From: Catajapyx aquilonaris
Taxonomy: Eukaryota
Reading direction: 5' to 3'
Assembly: GCA_000934665.2 (NCBI GenBank)
Contig: KZ538174.1
Location: 62,001-113,978 of the forward strand
DNA length: 51,978 bases
A program made the position numbers and the translations under genes. Within the stretch, counting starts at the first letter, position 1; each line of letters starts with the position of its first letter. Positions 35,501 through 48,500 of the stretch are shown piece after piece. Under the pieces are notes generated by a model. The model was not told the origin of the DNA. It saw nothing but the letters and a program-made list of their open reading frames with translations, and did not search any database.

Positions 35501-38500
35501 TTATAGATGTTCAAATCAATCACAAGTGCTTCTGAGTCCGTTGTGGTTAATATCTGTAAAAAAAATCATTTCTCCAAATCAATTTCACTACCAACACTAT
35601 ACAGGTTTGCTTAACAACAGAATTCACAATTACTTCTCTCTATATCCACACCAGAGGTGGAAAAGACTATTGATAAAAAGGTACTATTCGCACTGGTAAA
35701 TGGTGGTTATTTAATATCATTTGTTTGCTTCAAAATACCTTGTGATAAGAGGTAGCTGGATCAGGATCAGCAACAATGACATCACGCAAGACAGCCGAGA
35801 CACTGGTTTTTTTCTTCTGAATCTCCACTGCTGCCTGCAACCCCTTGATGCTAGCTTCAATTATACTCCGCTTGGAATTGCTGATCTGCATTGTGAGGTC
35901 GAGCAAGTGGGCAATTATTTTCATGTCAATATATTCTAGATTTTTGCGTTGACGACGAGTAGCTCCAGGGAGAGCTGCATAAAAATCCATTCATTAAACA
36001 TTTGGGTTCAGAAAGCTCAAAATATTCCACTTACACATCATAGATGCTGATAACTTCCTGTATCCACTCTCCAGTTTGGATTTTGCAATAACTACTTCTG
36101 ATTTCTGGATCTCTTCCAGCTTTTCCATCAAATCCTGCTGAAATTTCAATACATCCAACAATGCATTTTCCTTGAGGTTAATTGCAAATTTAGCAAAGTG
36201 AATGTCAACAGACTGCAGGACACACCCATAGACAGTACGAAACTCTGGTGACTTCTTGTCTACCTGAAAATATGTTGAAATTCCAGTTTCAACACGTAAC
36301 AGTCTCAAGAGTACCAAGGCTCACCACAAAACAACTACACTTACCTTGGTGTATTTCCCAGTAAACAAATGATTCGAACCTTCAGCTGGAGGGGTTTTCA
36401 AAATATCAGTGCAAGTATCTGCAGCACCATAATGTCGTAGAGATATGCTTCCAAGAGCAACTATGGCAGACATATCGTAAGTCTTTTTGACAAAATTTAC
36501 TCCCAGAGAGTTGATCCAGAACTCAAGAAGAGTTTGATCAACTCCATCTTTGCAGTTTAGCACTTTTAAATGTATCTCTGTGAAACCAAGACAGAAAGTT
36601 GTCAATTACAAATACTGCCTTGCATACATTGTACAGTTAAATCCTGATAACTCGAATACTGATAACTCGAAATTCTCGAAAAGTCGAGGAAAATCGTGGA
36701 CTTGGCAGATTCTCCATATAAGTAATACCAATTGAATTCCGATAACTCGATTTTCTCAATAAGTCGAATATATTTTGTGAACTTTGCAGCACTTTCACCA
36801 TTAATAAGTCGAATTTTGTCAACACCGGGGAATTTACAAGTTGAGCAAACATGTGGTATGATTCATTCTTGGAGATTTCCACCCCAGCTGGTTAATTCTC
36901 GATAAGCCTCGAAGGAATGCACAAAGCCCTCTGAAAGCCACTTGTTTAAAGCTCCCTTTCCTGTAGGTAGTGACTCATGCCTTCCTCTGCAGTGGTGACA
37001 TGCCTTTTGCCTCAGAGGAGTCAGAGGCCCTAGTCTACAGTCGTCTAGCGGTCACTTGCAATCATGTCCCAGTAGCGAGACACGTACTGTAGGTGTTTCA
37101 TTTGTGCAGGTGCTGTGTTCCCCACCATATTCAATAAGTCGAATTTTGTTCTCAGTCCCATGGTGGTTCAAGTTATCGGGATTTCACATTTTCACTGTAT
37201 TTTACCTTCTAGCGTAAAGTCAAAATCCAAATCAATTATTTGAGCTAGCTGTGCTTTCGTCTCTTCATCCTGTTCTCTTGGGGTAGGAATCGTCAACTGC
37301 TTCAGGTTTACAACTTGGACCCTATCAGGCTTCATGTTGTCCTCAAGTCGCAACTGAAACGATGATGCAGTGTAAACCAGCACATTTCACTCACAAACAT
37401 TATTTCCCCCCCCCCCCATTAAAGACTAACCTTAAGTTCTTCATCTTCCAATATTGGCTGCAAATTTCCAGTTGAGCCCTGGTCATCAAATGGTATGCTG
37501 CTCACCAAGCTCGCCAGTTCAATGACACGTTTATCTAATAGGATGGATATGTTAGGGAGGCACTTTCATGGTCAAAGAATGTTGTCTTACCTGAAATGTT
37601 CAGACTAATTTGTTCCAGGTGCCCTGTAATCTTCATACGTGGCAAACGTGGGTCATCCATAACCAAGCATTTTTCCATGCCAACAATGAGATTGACAGGA
37701 TTAATCAAGTGAAGCTCTGTGTGGTGCTTTTGCAAAGCTGCATGCCAGTCTTCCCCAGGCAAGGCCAGTATCACCTAATTTAGGCAATAATATCAATATT
37801 CCTTGGACATTTTCAGTTACAATACCACCTACCTGAAAATCTTTGAGTTCAACAGTAAATTTATCATAGCTCTGGGACATCAGCTCTTTCATGATGCCCT
37901 CCTCATTTGCACCAGATTGAAACATTGTCTTTACGGAGGGCATGTGTGCATCTCGATCAACACTGTGCATTTTAATGCTGCCTAGATTCAGCACCAGGAC
38001 ACTCTTATCACTTTCAAAAGGGAAAGGAAGAGTTTTTATGTCAGATATATATTCTATGGTCAGCTTAATTAGCTTAGGAAAAAACTTTCATGTGATCCTT
38101 GGCAAGAAATCCGTCCTATAACCACATTTCTACTGCTCTGCTACTGAATGGGGAAGTAGCCTTGGTCTGGGATTTGGGATTTTTGTTCATAACTAGCTAG
38201 CCCATGCCTGTAAACATACATTCCATCACTCTGTTGCATCAAAATGACATTACTGGATAAATTACAGCACATTTAAAAGTGCCTTCAAAATTGGCGGGAA
38301 AAAAAGGCGCAACAGAGTGGTGCCAATCGAAAGGGTACTCTGAAATGCCTGGTTGACTGCGAGATATGAGGAATTTGACTTTGAATTAACCGCGGACACG
38401 ACGGAAAGCATTCGCAAGGCGGCTGTAGGCCATCGAGGTGGAGAAGGGGGGCCTTTATGTGCCTAATTCGGGAGACAGATATTTCCGAGCTGGTGGCATC

Positions 38501-41500
38501 ACTGCCACATACAAAGCGACTTGAGTGGCCTGGAATAAATACGCGCCCCGGCCGCTATCTTGCTCACGGAATGGGACGGTTGCTAACAACAGCGATACAT
38601 TTTACGACAATGACGGGGCGCGTTCTATAACACCATTTTTGCGTTCATTTCACTTCGCGTGACGTCAACATTTTCTAGGGAAACAGTGACGTCACCATTT
38701 CCCTACATAAAAACCCCAATTACTCCGGAACTGAAACTGATATCTTAAAACGGAATATGCCAAAAAAATCCAAAAAATATGGGCGAATTTATTATGTAGT
38801 TTCCAAAATGAAGGCTAGTTCCCCATTACAATTCCTTATCCCATTCTTCCCATTGCATGAGGTTAACAATTATGAGCATGCACATATCTACCTAGAATAG
38901 GTCCCACCATATGGCACCATGACTTGTGATGCTGTCAAGTCTACTCTCAATTCCATCCTTTTGTGTGCATCAATTGCATGCTGCAGGCCGGCAGCTGACA
39001 TTTCTTGGAAGTCAGCTAATGTGGACGCTGCTACAGCCTGTAAGCTGTAAAATTAACAATAAGTATAATATTCTAACTGTAACTGAACTTTACAAAGTGA
39101 AGCAGTAGGGAAAGACGAAGGGAATTATTTTGGTCATGTTTCATATGTTCACAAAAAGCAAAGATATCCACTAAAATTTCATAAATCAGTTCCTATTGGT
39201 AATACACATTACTGCAACATTTAAAAACCCTCGAACATATTTTTATATATTATGGATTTAAAAAATTAAAAGTTGTTGTAATATCAAGAGCCGTTAAAAT
39301 ATCCCCAACCACACAATCCACACTGCAGCATGATTGAGGAACTCTGCATATTATGAGAACAAATCTTGAATGCCTGTCATGGAGATGCTTGTCACCAAGT
39401 CAAGCCTTGCATCTCTTGGTTACTCCCCAGACTCGTGCCTAGCAAAAATTTTCCTCACCTAGTAAACCTGTAAAATTAACTCTCAAGTGCAAAATAATGT
39501 CAGTGCAAGTTAAGGACTGCATGGAGGATTGTCAAATACACATATCGCACAAGAAATGATTGAAAAAGATGCCAGACAATTCATGACTACACGGTGCAGT
39601 CCTTACAGTCAGATAACTCAGGGTTTCTACAGTTCAAACCAGCCCCCGGGCACTCATACTACCTTCTGATGTTATCACCTGCTGGGGCGTTTTGCAGAAG
39701 GTGCTCACTTGAGAGCGTCATGAGACATTTCAGTCTCCGGATAAGTGGCGACCCTACCGGACTAGGCTGAACTTTATAGGTACAAAAGGGAAGCGCTACA
39801 TTGGGGGACCCAACATGAGCGCCGGCGACCATTTTGGGCCCGTATGTAGCGCTTCCCTTTTGTACCTATAAAGTTCAGCCTAGTCCGGTAGGGTCGCCAC
39901 TTATCCAGAGACTGAAATGTCTCATGGCACTCTCAAGTGAGCACCTTCTGCAAAACGCGTTGGCAGGGGGTGGGTGGGAGTGTCCACACCTTACTTTCTA
40001 TGACCATGGTTCAAACCAACCCCCTGCAACTCCCTATCTAGCCTTATGGGGAAGGCTGTTTAACATAAAAGTCTCCGCCAGCCTGGAATTTGGTGCTGGC
40101 ATGGCCCCACAGGGATCTTGTGGTTCGGGTGGCTGACTGGCGATCTGTAAATACCCTCCGGACCCAGCTGCAGTGGAAAGAATGGTTCAGATTGGTTCAG
40201 GCATCTGAGCATGTCCGCCCGAACCACAAGATCCCTGTGGGGTTGCGTCAGCGCCACGGACGAAGACTTGGATATTAAACTGCCTTATCGTAGGAGTTCC
40301 ATGAGGCTGCGGCTGGTTCAAACTGTGTCTTTGAATATCCTGCATGCAATACCAATGTTCTTGGAGGGATTTTCATGCCTTTCACGATTTCATTAAAATT
40401 TTTTGATTCAAGATTCTGAAGAGTGACTAAATGCCAAAGACTTGGCAGCAAATATCTTTGATGCATGCATGGAAAATTTGGTCCCATAGTATTAAAGTCC
40501 CTTAATCGACATGGTGATAGTGTGCAGTAGTATTTAAAATTGAAGGTGTGTGCCATCATGCTGCAACAAATTTTTGGGAAGAGGAAATTCTTTAAACAAT
40601 TATCCATAAGTACCATACTTGACTATTTATCCGTACGTGTGGCACCATATAGTACACAGCTGGACAAAATAGAAGTTCCTAGAAAATTTTGTCCAGCCAT
40701 GTACATATGAGAGTGACGATGCATGACCTTCATTATTTCTATTTCAGTAGTCATTGTTAATTTCCATAACATGTACAGTATACAATGTATCAACCAAAAC
40801 GTCCATAGTGGTAAGAGATGTTTTGCATTAAGCAGCTTATTTTGAAGCAATTATTTTAGAACAGCTATTTTTAGAAGCCATCAAAAATATTAGATGCTAA
40901 TATTAGGCTAAATGGATGCATGGTTTTTAACTAATGCAAAAGGTTCTATCTAGGCTTCTAAAAATGGACCAACCTTTGGAAACAATGTCACTGGGTAAAA
41001 ACAAGTCACAATAAATATCTTGAATTTGGTCTGAACCAATGCTTCCATTCAACCTAATGATGAGAGTTAATATTTATAGACCTCCTACAAGCAGCTGAAT
41101 AAAATTAAGGAGCTTAGTGACACACAAAAAAAAAAAAAGCTAACCAACATGGACACTTCATTTGGAACAACTGGAACATGCATGAAATTATCCTAAATTA
41201 AATAATCTGTCAATGTTTCCCAAAAATTAATGGAAGAATGCGACAAACATCATAATGATTATCAGAAAACAAACGTTCTGTGCTTTTGAAATTATCTGGA
41301 GTAACTGGAAAACTGGACTGTCGAGTATTACTGATCCTAGAATTTAAACAACAAATAATTACCTCTCCAGTTGGACACTTTTGGGTGCTTGGAACACCTT
41401 CGCCAGCTGGTTGATAGTCTTGGCATGGTACACAACTTCCAGTGGCTGCGTTCGGAAGTGTATCCTCTGATCACACAGTTCATCAAGTGGGTTAGTCTCA

Positions 41501-44500
41501 AACAATAAACTCAGCAGCACTTCTTGCTTCTTTCCTTCTACAGACCGAATTAGTTTTGGTACTTTTAGTTCACTGTGGGAACCATGTACGGTGATTGACT
41601 CCATGTCCACAGTCAATCTGAAAAAAATCAACACTGTAGCTTTTCTGCCCTACCCATAAAAGAGCTCTTTGTTAACCTACTTTAGAGCTTGTGCTGAAGG
41701 TCTCTGCTCAACACAACTGGACACATTCTTAAGTTCCACCATCATGACTTCACTGTGACTTAAGTTTTCATCAGCAATCTGGATGCGCAAACGCTTCAGT
41801 AAGAACTGAAGCTTGTTTTCAACAAAGGTTGTGGGATACACTGCAGGTGCAGCATTTTCCTGATACCCAATAGCATCATACATCTTTTGCTTCTCTTCTG
41901 TAGTAAGTGCATCCTCAAACTGTTTCACTGTTTGCAAAAAATATCAAACCTTATTTCACATATAGAAGCATCATATCACTCTTCATTATGCATTATGAAC
42001 CTATCATTATGCTACATATATGCTTCATGTATCCAGTGAATGTCCTACACATTTCTTCCAGCCATTACCTAGTACAGGTTGAGAATTCTTTATCTGAGAT
42101 TCCAAAAACTGAAAACCTCCATATCACAACCACACTGAATGCTGACATGACATGTCACAAATGGAAAATTTTCCAAAACACTGGGAATGCTCCCAGACAA
42201 TGTACAGCTGTGGTGCCACATGGATGTGAGCTGTGTAGCATTTGCTGCTATTTATCTTCTCTTTGCAAGCAGTGATCAGAATGTTTTTTGGTACAGGTAC
42301 AGTAAGTACGAAACATTATTTTTACATGAAATCTGAACTTCACCTTCAAATCCATGCAAGTGCAACATGAGTAGCACCATTACCTGTATCTCTGAATATA
42401 CAAAATTACTTAAAATTGATATAAAACTACCTTCAGGGTTTATGGGACCTCTATTATGATATATATACACGCACTTGTCACTGCTATTTGACAATCACTC
42501 TTAGGCCCAATTGCTAAGTGGCAAATGATCCATTATCGCAGTAATGAGGCTGCCCAGCCTCATTACTGCGATAATGGATAATGCGTGTCAGTGCATGTCA
42601 GTGTGTGCTGGTCTGTGCCATGCGACATGCTAGTAGCCAAATGGAAAAGCTGCTATTATTTGACCGGTGATGCGATTTCGGGGCTGAAGGTTCCCATACC
42701 TCCCAGGATACTTTGTACTTGTCGTTTGAAGGCATTTATTTATCTCACAATGGAAGGTCACAGGGTGATAATGACGGATCTTGATGAAATTGATCATGCT
42801 AATACAGGACAATATATGATACCCAAAAATGAAATATTTCGTGCGGAACCCCATATTTGCAAAAGTTATGACGTCTTCAAGTTCCAACAATAATACATTT
42901 TCATACTCCATGGGATTACATTAGCGACCACATATAATGACATTGAAGTGTGTACTAATCAGTTTCTAGTCCTTTTCTCATTCTTTCAGGGAGCACGTGA
43001 ATCGATATATCGTCACCTAGGCAACATATCGATTCCAGTATCGGCTTGGGCGATAACATCATGGCAGCCGATGACGCTCATTGCAAACATGTCCAACGTC
43101 AGGAATAAATTCCACAGCCCCAGCGCCAGAGAGTCAGGTAAAACCCAGAGTAAATCCCCAAAAAACACGGTCAGGAATACACAGAAACTATCTTCGAAAT
43201 CCAACGATAACCAGCCCGTAAAGTAGACTTGTGCGGATAGAGTGAAGCCGGAAGACCGGAAGTGGCGGGTCACCAGAAGTTGACCATGAAACCTATTTTG
43301 GTCACGCTCAATCCGAATATGAAAACCGTTTGTCGCTATCTCTTAACGGTTTAGGCCTTGATACCTGTCCACAGACGGACGGACAAACGGCCAGAGCCGT
43401 TCTGTATGACTTTTTTCCGATGAGAAAAGGTCTAGAAACTGATTGCACACTTCAGTGGTCGCTAATGTAATCCCATGGAGTATGAAAATGTATTCTTTTT
43501 GGAACTTTAAGACGTCATAACTTTTGCAAATATGGGGTTCCGCACGAAATATTTCATATTTGGGTATCATATATTGTCCTGTATTAGCATGTTGAATTTC
43601 ATCAAGATCCGTCATTATCACCCCGTGACCTTCCCTTGTCAGTAATGAGGCTGCCCAGACATAATGACTCCTCTACATAACATGATCCTCTGGTGTCAAC
43701 TGAGCCACGGGTACAGGTCTGACTGGTCTGTTCACGGACACCTTGTATAAATATATCGTATTTAGGCTTTGGTGCCATCCCATACCTGTTCATAAATGCA
43801 AATATACAAATATTACAAAGTCCAAATTCTGAACACTTGCGGTCCCTAGCATTTTGGATTAGGGATTCTCAACCTGTACCAATATGCCACAGTCATTTTA
43901 ACTTGAAACCTCCCTTGTACAAAAAATGTCAAGTAAGCTTTCTGTAAATGCCCTGTCTGTTGGAATTTTCATTGTACCGTCAAATGGGGTGAACTTGGTC
44001 CAAAATTTCCGTTTTACGAAGATATAAGTGTGAAGATATTAACCCACAACTGTGAAATTTTTTTATTGGGTGTTAGACCACGCTGGCCAAAAGGGCGAGT
44101 ACAAGAAATTTTTTCTGTGCACAGTGGCGGGAGGAAAATTTTTGACGTCATGGCCATGCAAGTCCACCAAGTGGGGGTGGACTTGGGCTCTAATTTTCCC
44201 ATTACAAATGCACTGTGGGAAACAAGTTCTGTCAGGAATTTTTAGTGTGTTTTTAAGGAACGATATTCATAAGCTGTAATACATATTACCACCACCTTAA
44301 TCTCTTAAAAATGGACAATACCCTTGCTTATCAATTTCTTGATTTGCAAAATAAAGTTTGCACACTATGAAAATTGGGTGGTTTCATGGGGTGGACTTTA
44401 ACATTTATTTCCCTGCTCACCTATGGCAGCACAGGTGAATTTTTTGGTGTACAACATGGTAAGTGCTGCCGTAATGGCATGATGTGATTAAAAGTCTCAT

Positions 44501-45524
44501 TTTTATAACACATGTTACCTTAAATATTCATTAATTACATTTTTGGAATTGTGGCCAAGTTCACCCTGGCGACCAACGTCACCCCATTTGACAGTATTCT
44601 ATTCATCCCTGACTACTGTTCCCAGCCCCCAGACACTCATACTACCTTCTGATGTTATCACCTACCGAAGCGTTTTGCAGAAGGTGCTCACTTGAGCGCG
44701 CCGTGAGACATTTCACTCTCCGGATATGTGGCGACCCTACCGGACTAGGCTGAACTTTATAGGTACAAAAAGGAAGCGCTACATGCGGGCACAAAATGTT
44801 GGGTCCACTGGGTCCACCAATGTAGCTTTTGTACCTATAAAGTTCAGCCTAGTCCGGTAGGGTCGCCATTTATCCAGAGAGTGAAATGTCTCATGGTGCT
44901 CTCAAGTGAGCACCTTCTGCAAAACGCGTCGGCAGGGGGTAGGTGGGAGTGTCCAGACCTTATCTTCTATGACCGTGACTGTTCCTTTTACTTCAAAAGT
45001 TGCGACTGCCATAGTGCACCTTACTCCCTAGGTGGAGATACAAAATGTGTTTTTATTAGTGGGACATCCTGCGGGCAGAACATTTGTTGGCCCTAAACTA
45101 AAATGTAGTGTGAGAAATGTCAAAGGGCCAACTGATAACAAGGTAGATGAGAAGGTGCATTTGTCTGCCCCTAGACATGCACAGCAACACACATTCAGGA
45201 GGATTTCATATGGAGAACTAAAGGCAGATTTACTAGCACAAATTCAATGGCAATCTTAGCCTTATTTGTCATTTTAAAAGTTGGGTACTCCATCAGGCAT
45301 GTGTGGCCTCTTCGGGTATCCTCTTTTACATCCCCACCTTTATTATATTGCTCTGTTGCTAATGTAACCCACATGAGAATGGAGAAAACCCACTGACACT
45401 CTTTCTACATGAGAACCTCTTCCTGATCAATAGTCGGACCTGAGATGGAAGACTGTAGGTCTAACCTTTACAGCATCTTATCACCCTTTGCACAAGCACA
45501 TTTTGCTCATGAAAATATCAGAAG

Positions 45525-45583
<59 letters not shown>

Positions 45584-48500
45584 GTAATCATCATCATCAT
45601 CATTATCATCATCATCACACCCAGCTTGGTGTTCCCAAAAAGGCACAATGCTGGCTCACATTTTGGCCATTACATACCTGTATTAGTGTAAATTGCGGTA
45701 GCAGGATAGTATACAGATGCTTGGTGATTACAGGTATTGTGGTGAGATGGGCAGAGGAGAAGGAAATAAAAGTTAGGTTGGTGGGGATGGGAAATGAATT
45801 TGAAGGAAGGAATCAAAAAAGATGACACCCTAACTTCATACCTATTCCACCAGTTGGATCTTGGTCTTGCTCTTTCGCCTTGCTACCACCCCACCAGCTG
45901 CTAAACCATCCACCTTTTTGCTGCTCTTTTTGCTGGTTCCCACGAATCTCCACCTGTCAAAAATTTCCAGTGACAATCCATTCGACCCCTTGCTCAGTAG
46001 GGGTAAACCAGACAGTTATGGCCCACCATACTTTCTAATTGATATAATAATAATAATAATAATATCATACCCCATTGAAGCCGTTCTGGCTTTTTAGGGG
46101 GGAGATTTGTTTTTTTGGCTGGAACTCTTGTAAACTTTATTTCGCTTTTTGGGACGGGATAGGGATGGAAGGAAGCGGCTGTGGCCTATTAACTAGGAAA
46201 CAACTCCGGTATTCACCTGGAGGAACCGTGGGAAACCACAGAAAACCACGGTCAGAGTTGCCGGCACCGGGATTCGAACCTCGAACCCAGGACCTCCCGA
46301 TTAGCAGGCGGACTCCATATCCACTACACCAACCTGCTTCGGTTTTATAATTGATATTAAGGAGGTTGGCCCAGCATTGCCTTTCAACCTCCAAGGATAG
46401 GGAAGGAAGGAAGCAGCTGTGGCCTATAATACGGAAGCGACCCCGGAATTATCCTAGGAAGACCGTGGAAAACCACAGAAAACCACGGTCAGGGTTGCCG
46501 CCCCGGGATTCGAACCCAGGACTTCCCGATAAGCAGTCGGATGCCCTATCCACTATGCCAACCTGCTTCGGTGGCCCACCATACAGTAATGAGCCACTTA
46601 TAGTAATCTTATTCATATTAATGTGTGTAATGAAAGTAGTGATAATTATTGCCCATGGGTGGCTGCACTGCATTGTTGGACGAACATTGTGTGCAGTTTT
46701 TCCCCGGTTGGACTTTCATCAAGGTGGCCAGAGCCTCACGTCTCTGGGTCACTTCCAGCAGGGGCACTTCCTTAAGTAGTCGGTAAGGAGTAGCACTGCA
46801 GCTAGTGATAAGTTACAAGGGTTTTCGTCACTCCAGGTTGCTGATGTCAATTTGCATGGCTAGGATACACTCCATGGTTTCATATTTTGTAGATAATGAT
46901 GAGTCAGTGTAGATAGCATGAGTAGAAGGGGGTGGCCCACAACTGTGTGGATCAAAACCTTCACTTTACTCTAATGGGCATACCCCATAAATACATAAAT
47001 TAATAATAAATCTACAGGGTGGGCGAAAAGTCCCAGGACACCTGGCTTTTTTTGCCTGCAAAACAAATCTGTGCATGGAAAATGTGTCGGATTTGCTGGT
47101 GTAACATCTTCTGGACACTGACGGAACTGTTTGATGAGGGGAGACATCTGGGGACCCCCAACAACACCCACAATAAATTAACAATGTTAACAGTGCAAGA
47201 TGGCGGATACGAGCGGGTTCACTGTGGAGGAGAGACTTGTGGCTACTGTGTGGGTCCACGAGAGGCCTCATACGGGAAAGAACCTAACGCACATCATGCA
47301 GGATATCAGGGCTCATTTTGGTAAGGCGCCACTGAGAAGAAGTAACTTGTTCAAGTGGGAGAAAAAAGGATTCAGCATGTGATATGTGAAAGACGGGAAG
47401 CGTGAAAGACACTTCCCTTGCTAAATGCTTTTTTCTCCCATTTGAACAAGTTACTTCTTCTCAGTGGCGCCTTACCAAAACGAGCCCTGATATCCTGCAT
47501 GATGTGCGTTAGGTTCTTTCCCGTATGAGGCCTCTCGTGGACCCACACAGTAGCCACAAGTCTCTCCTCCACAGTAAACCCGCTCGTATCCGCCATCTTG
47601 CACTGTTAACATTGTTAATTTATTGTGGGTGTTGTTGGGGGTCCCTAGATGTCTCCCCTCATCAAACAGTTCCGTCAGTGTCCAGAAGATGTTACACCAG
47701 CAAATCCGACACATTTTCCATGCACAGATTAGTTTTGCAGGCAAAAAAACCCAGGTGTCCTGGGACTTTTCGCCCACCCTGTATATTATATCAATAAAGA
47801 CGGATGTGATTCTGTCTGCCAGTCTGTCCGCCCACCAATGCCATCTCTGGTCCTACTCCAACACCTTCAACCTCTCCCGCCTGTATAACGCCAACCTGCC
47901 ATCTGTGGGCCTGACCCGGCCTTCCTAATATGTTAATAAAGACGGATGTGAAGTCTGTCTGTCTGTCTGTCCGTCCGTCCGTCCGGCACGCCAACCATCT
48001 CATTCGCCTGCCATCTGTGGTCCGCTTCCTACATCTCCAACCTCTCCCGTCCTTCCGACCCAGCCTTCCTAAAAGTATCATGGCGGTTCTCTGTGCGTGC
48101 AAATTTTTACGGGGCTACAGGTACGAGTAGGTGTTATCCCTTCATTCATTTCTTCCCGGGCAACGCCGGGTGCCACAGCTAGTTAATAAAATAAGTCTGC
48201 ATTCATATGATTTTACACATGGTTAGACGAACACATGACACCCCTGGACATGATATTTTGCCTTTACACATACATACAGGGTGTCTCAACTTTTTTGTCT
48301 GATCAGTTATCCGAAAAGCCTATGTATCTTCTAGCAATGTAGCCAGAATATGCCCCAACATTCCTGGCACATCCCTCAACTGTTGAGGGATGTGCCAGGA
48401 ATGTTGGGGCATATTCTGGCTACATTGCTAGAAGATACATAGGCTTTTCGGATAACTGATCGGACAAAAAACATGAGACACCCTGTATAACCGTTTTCAG

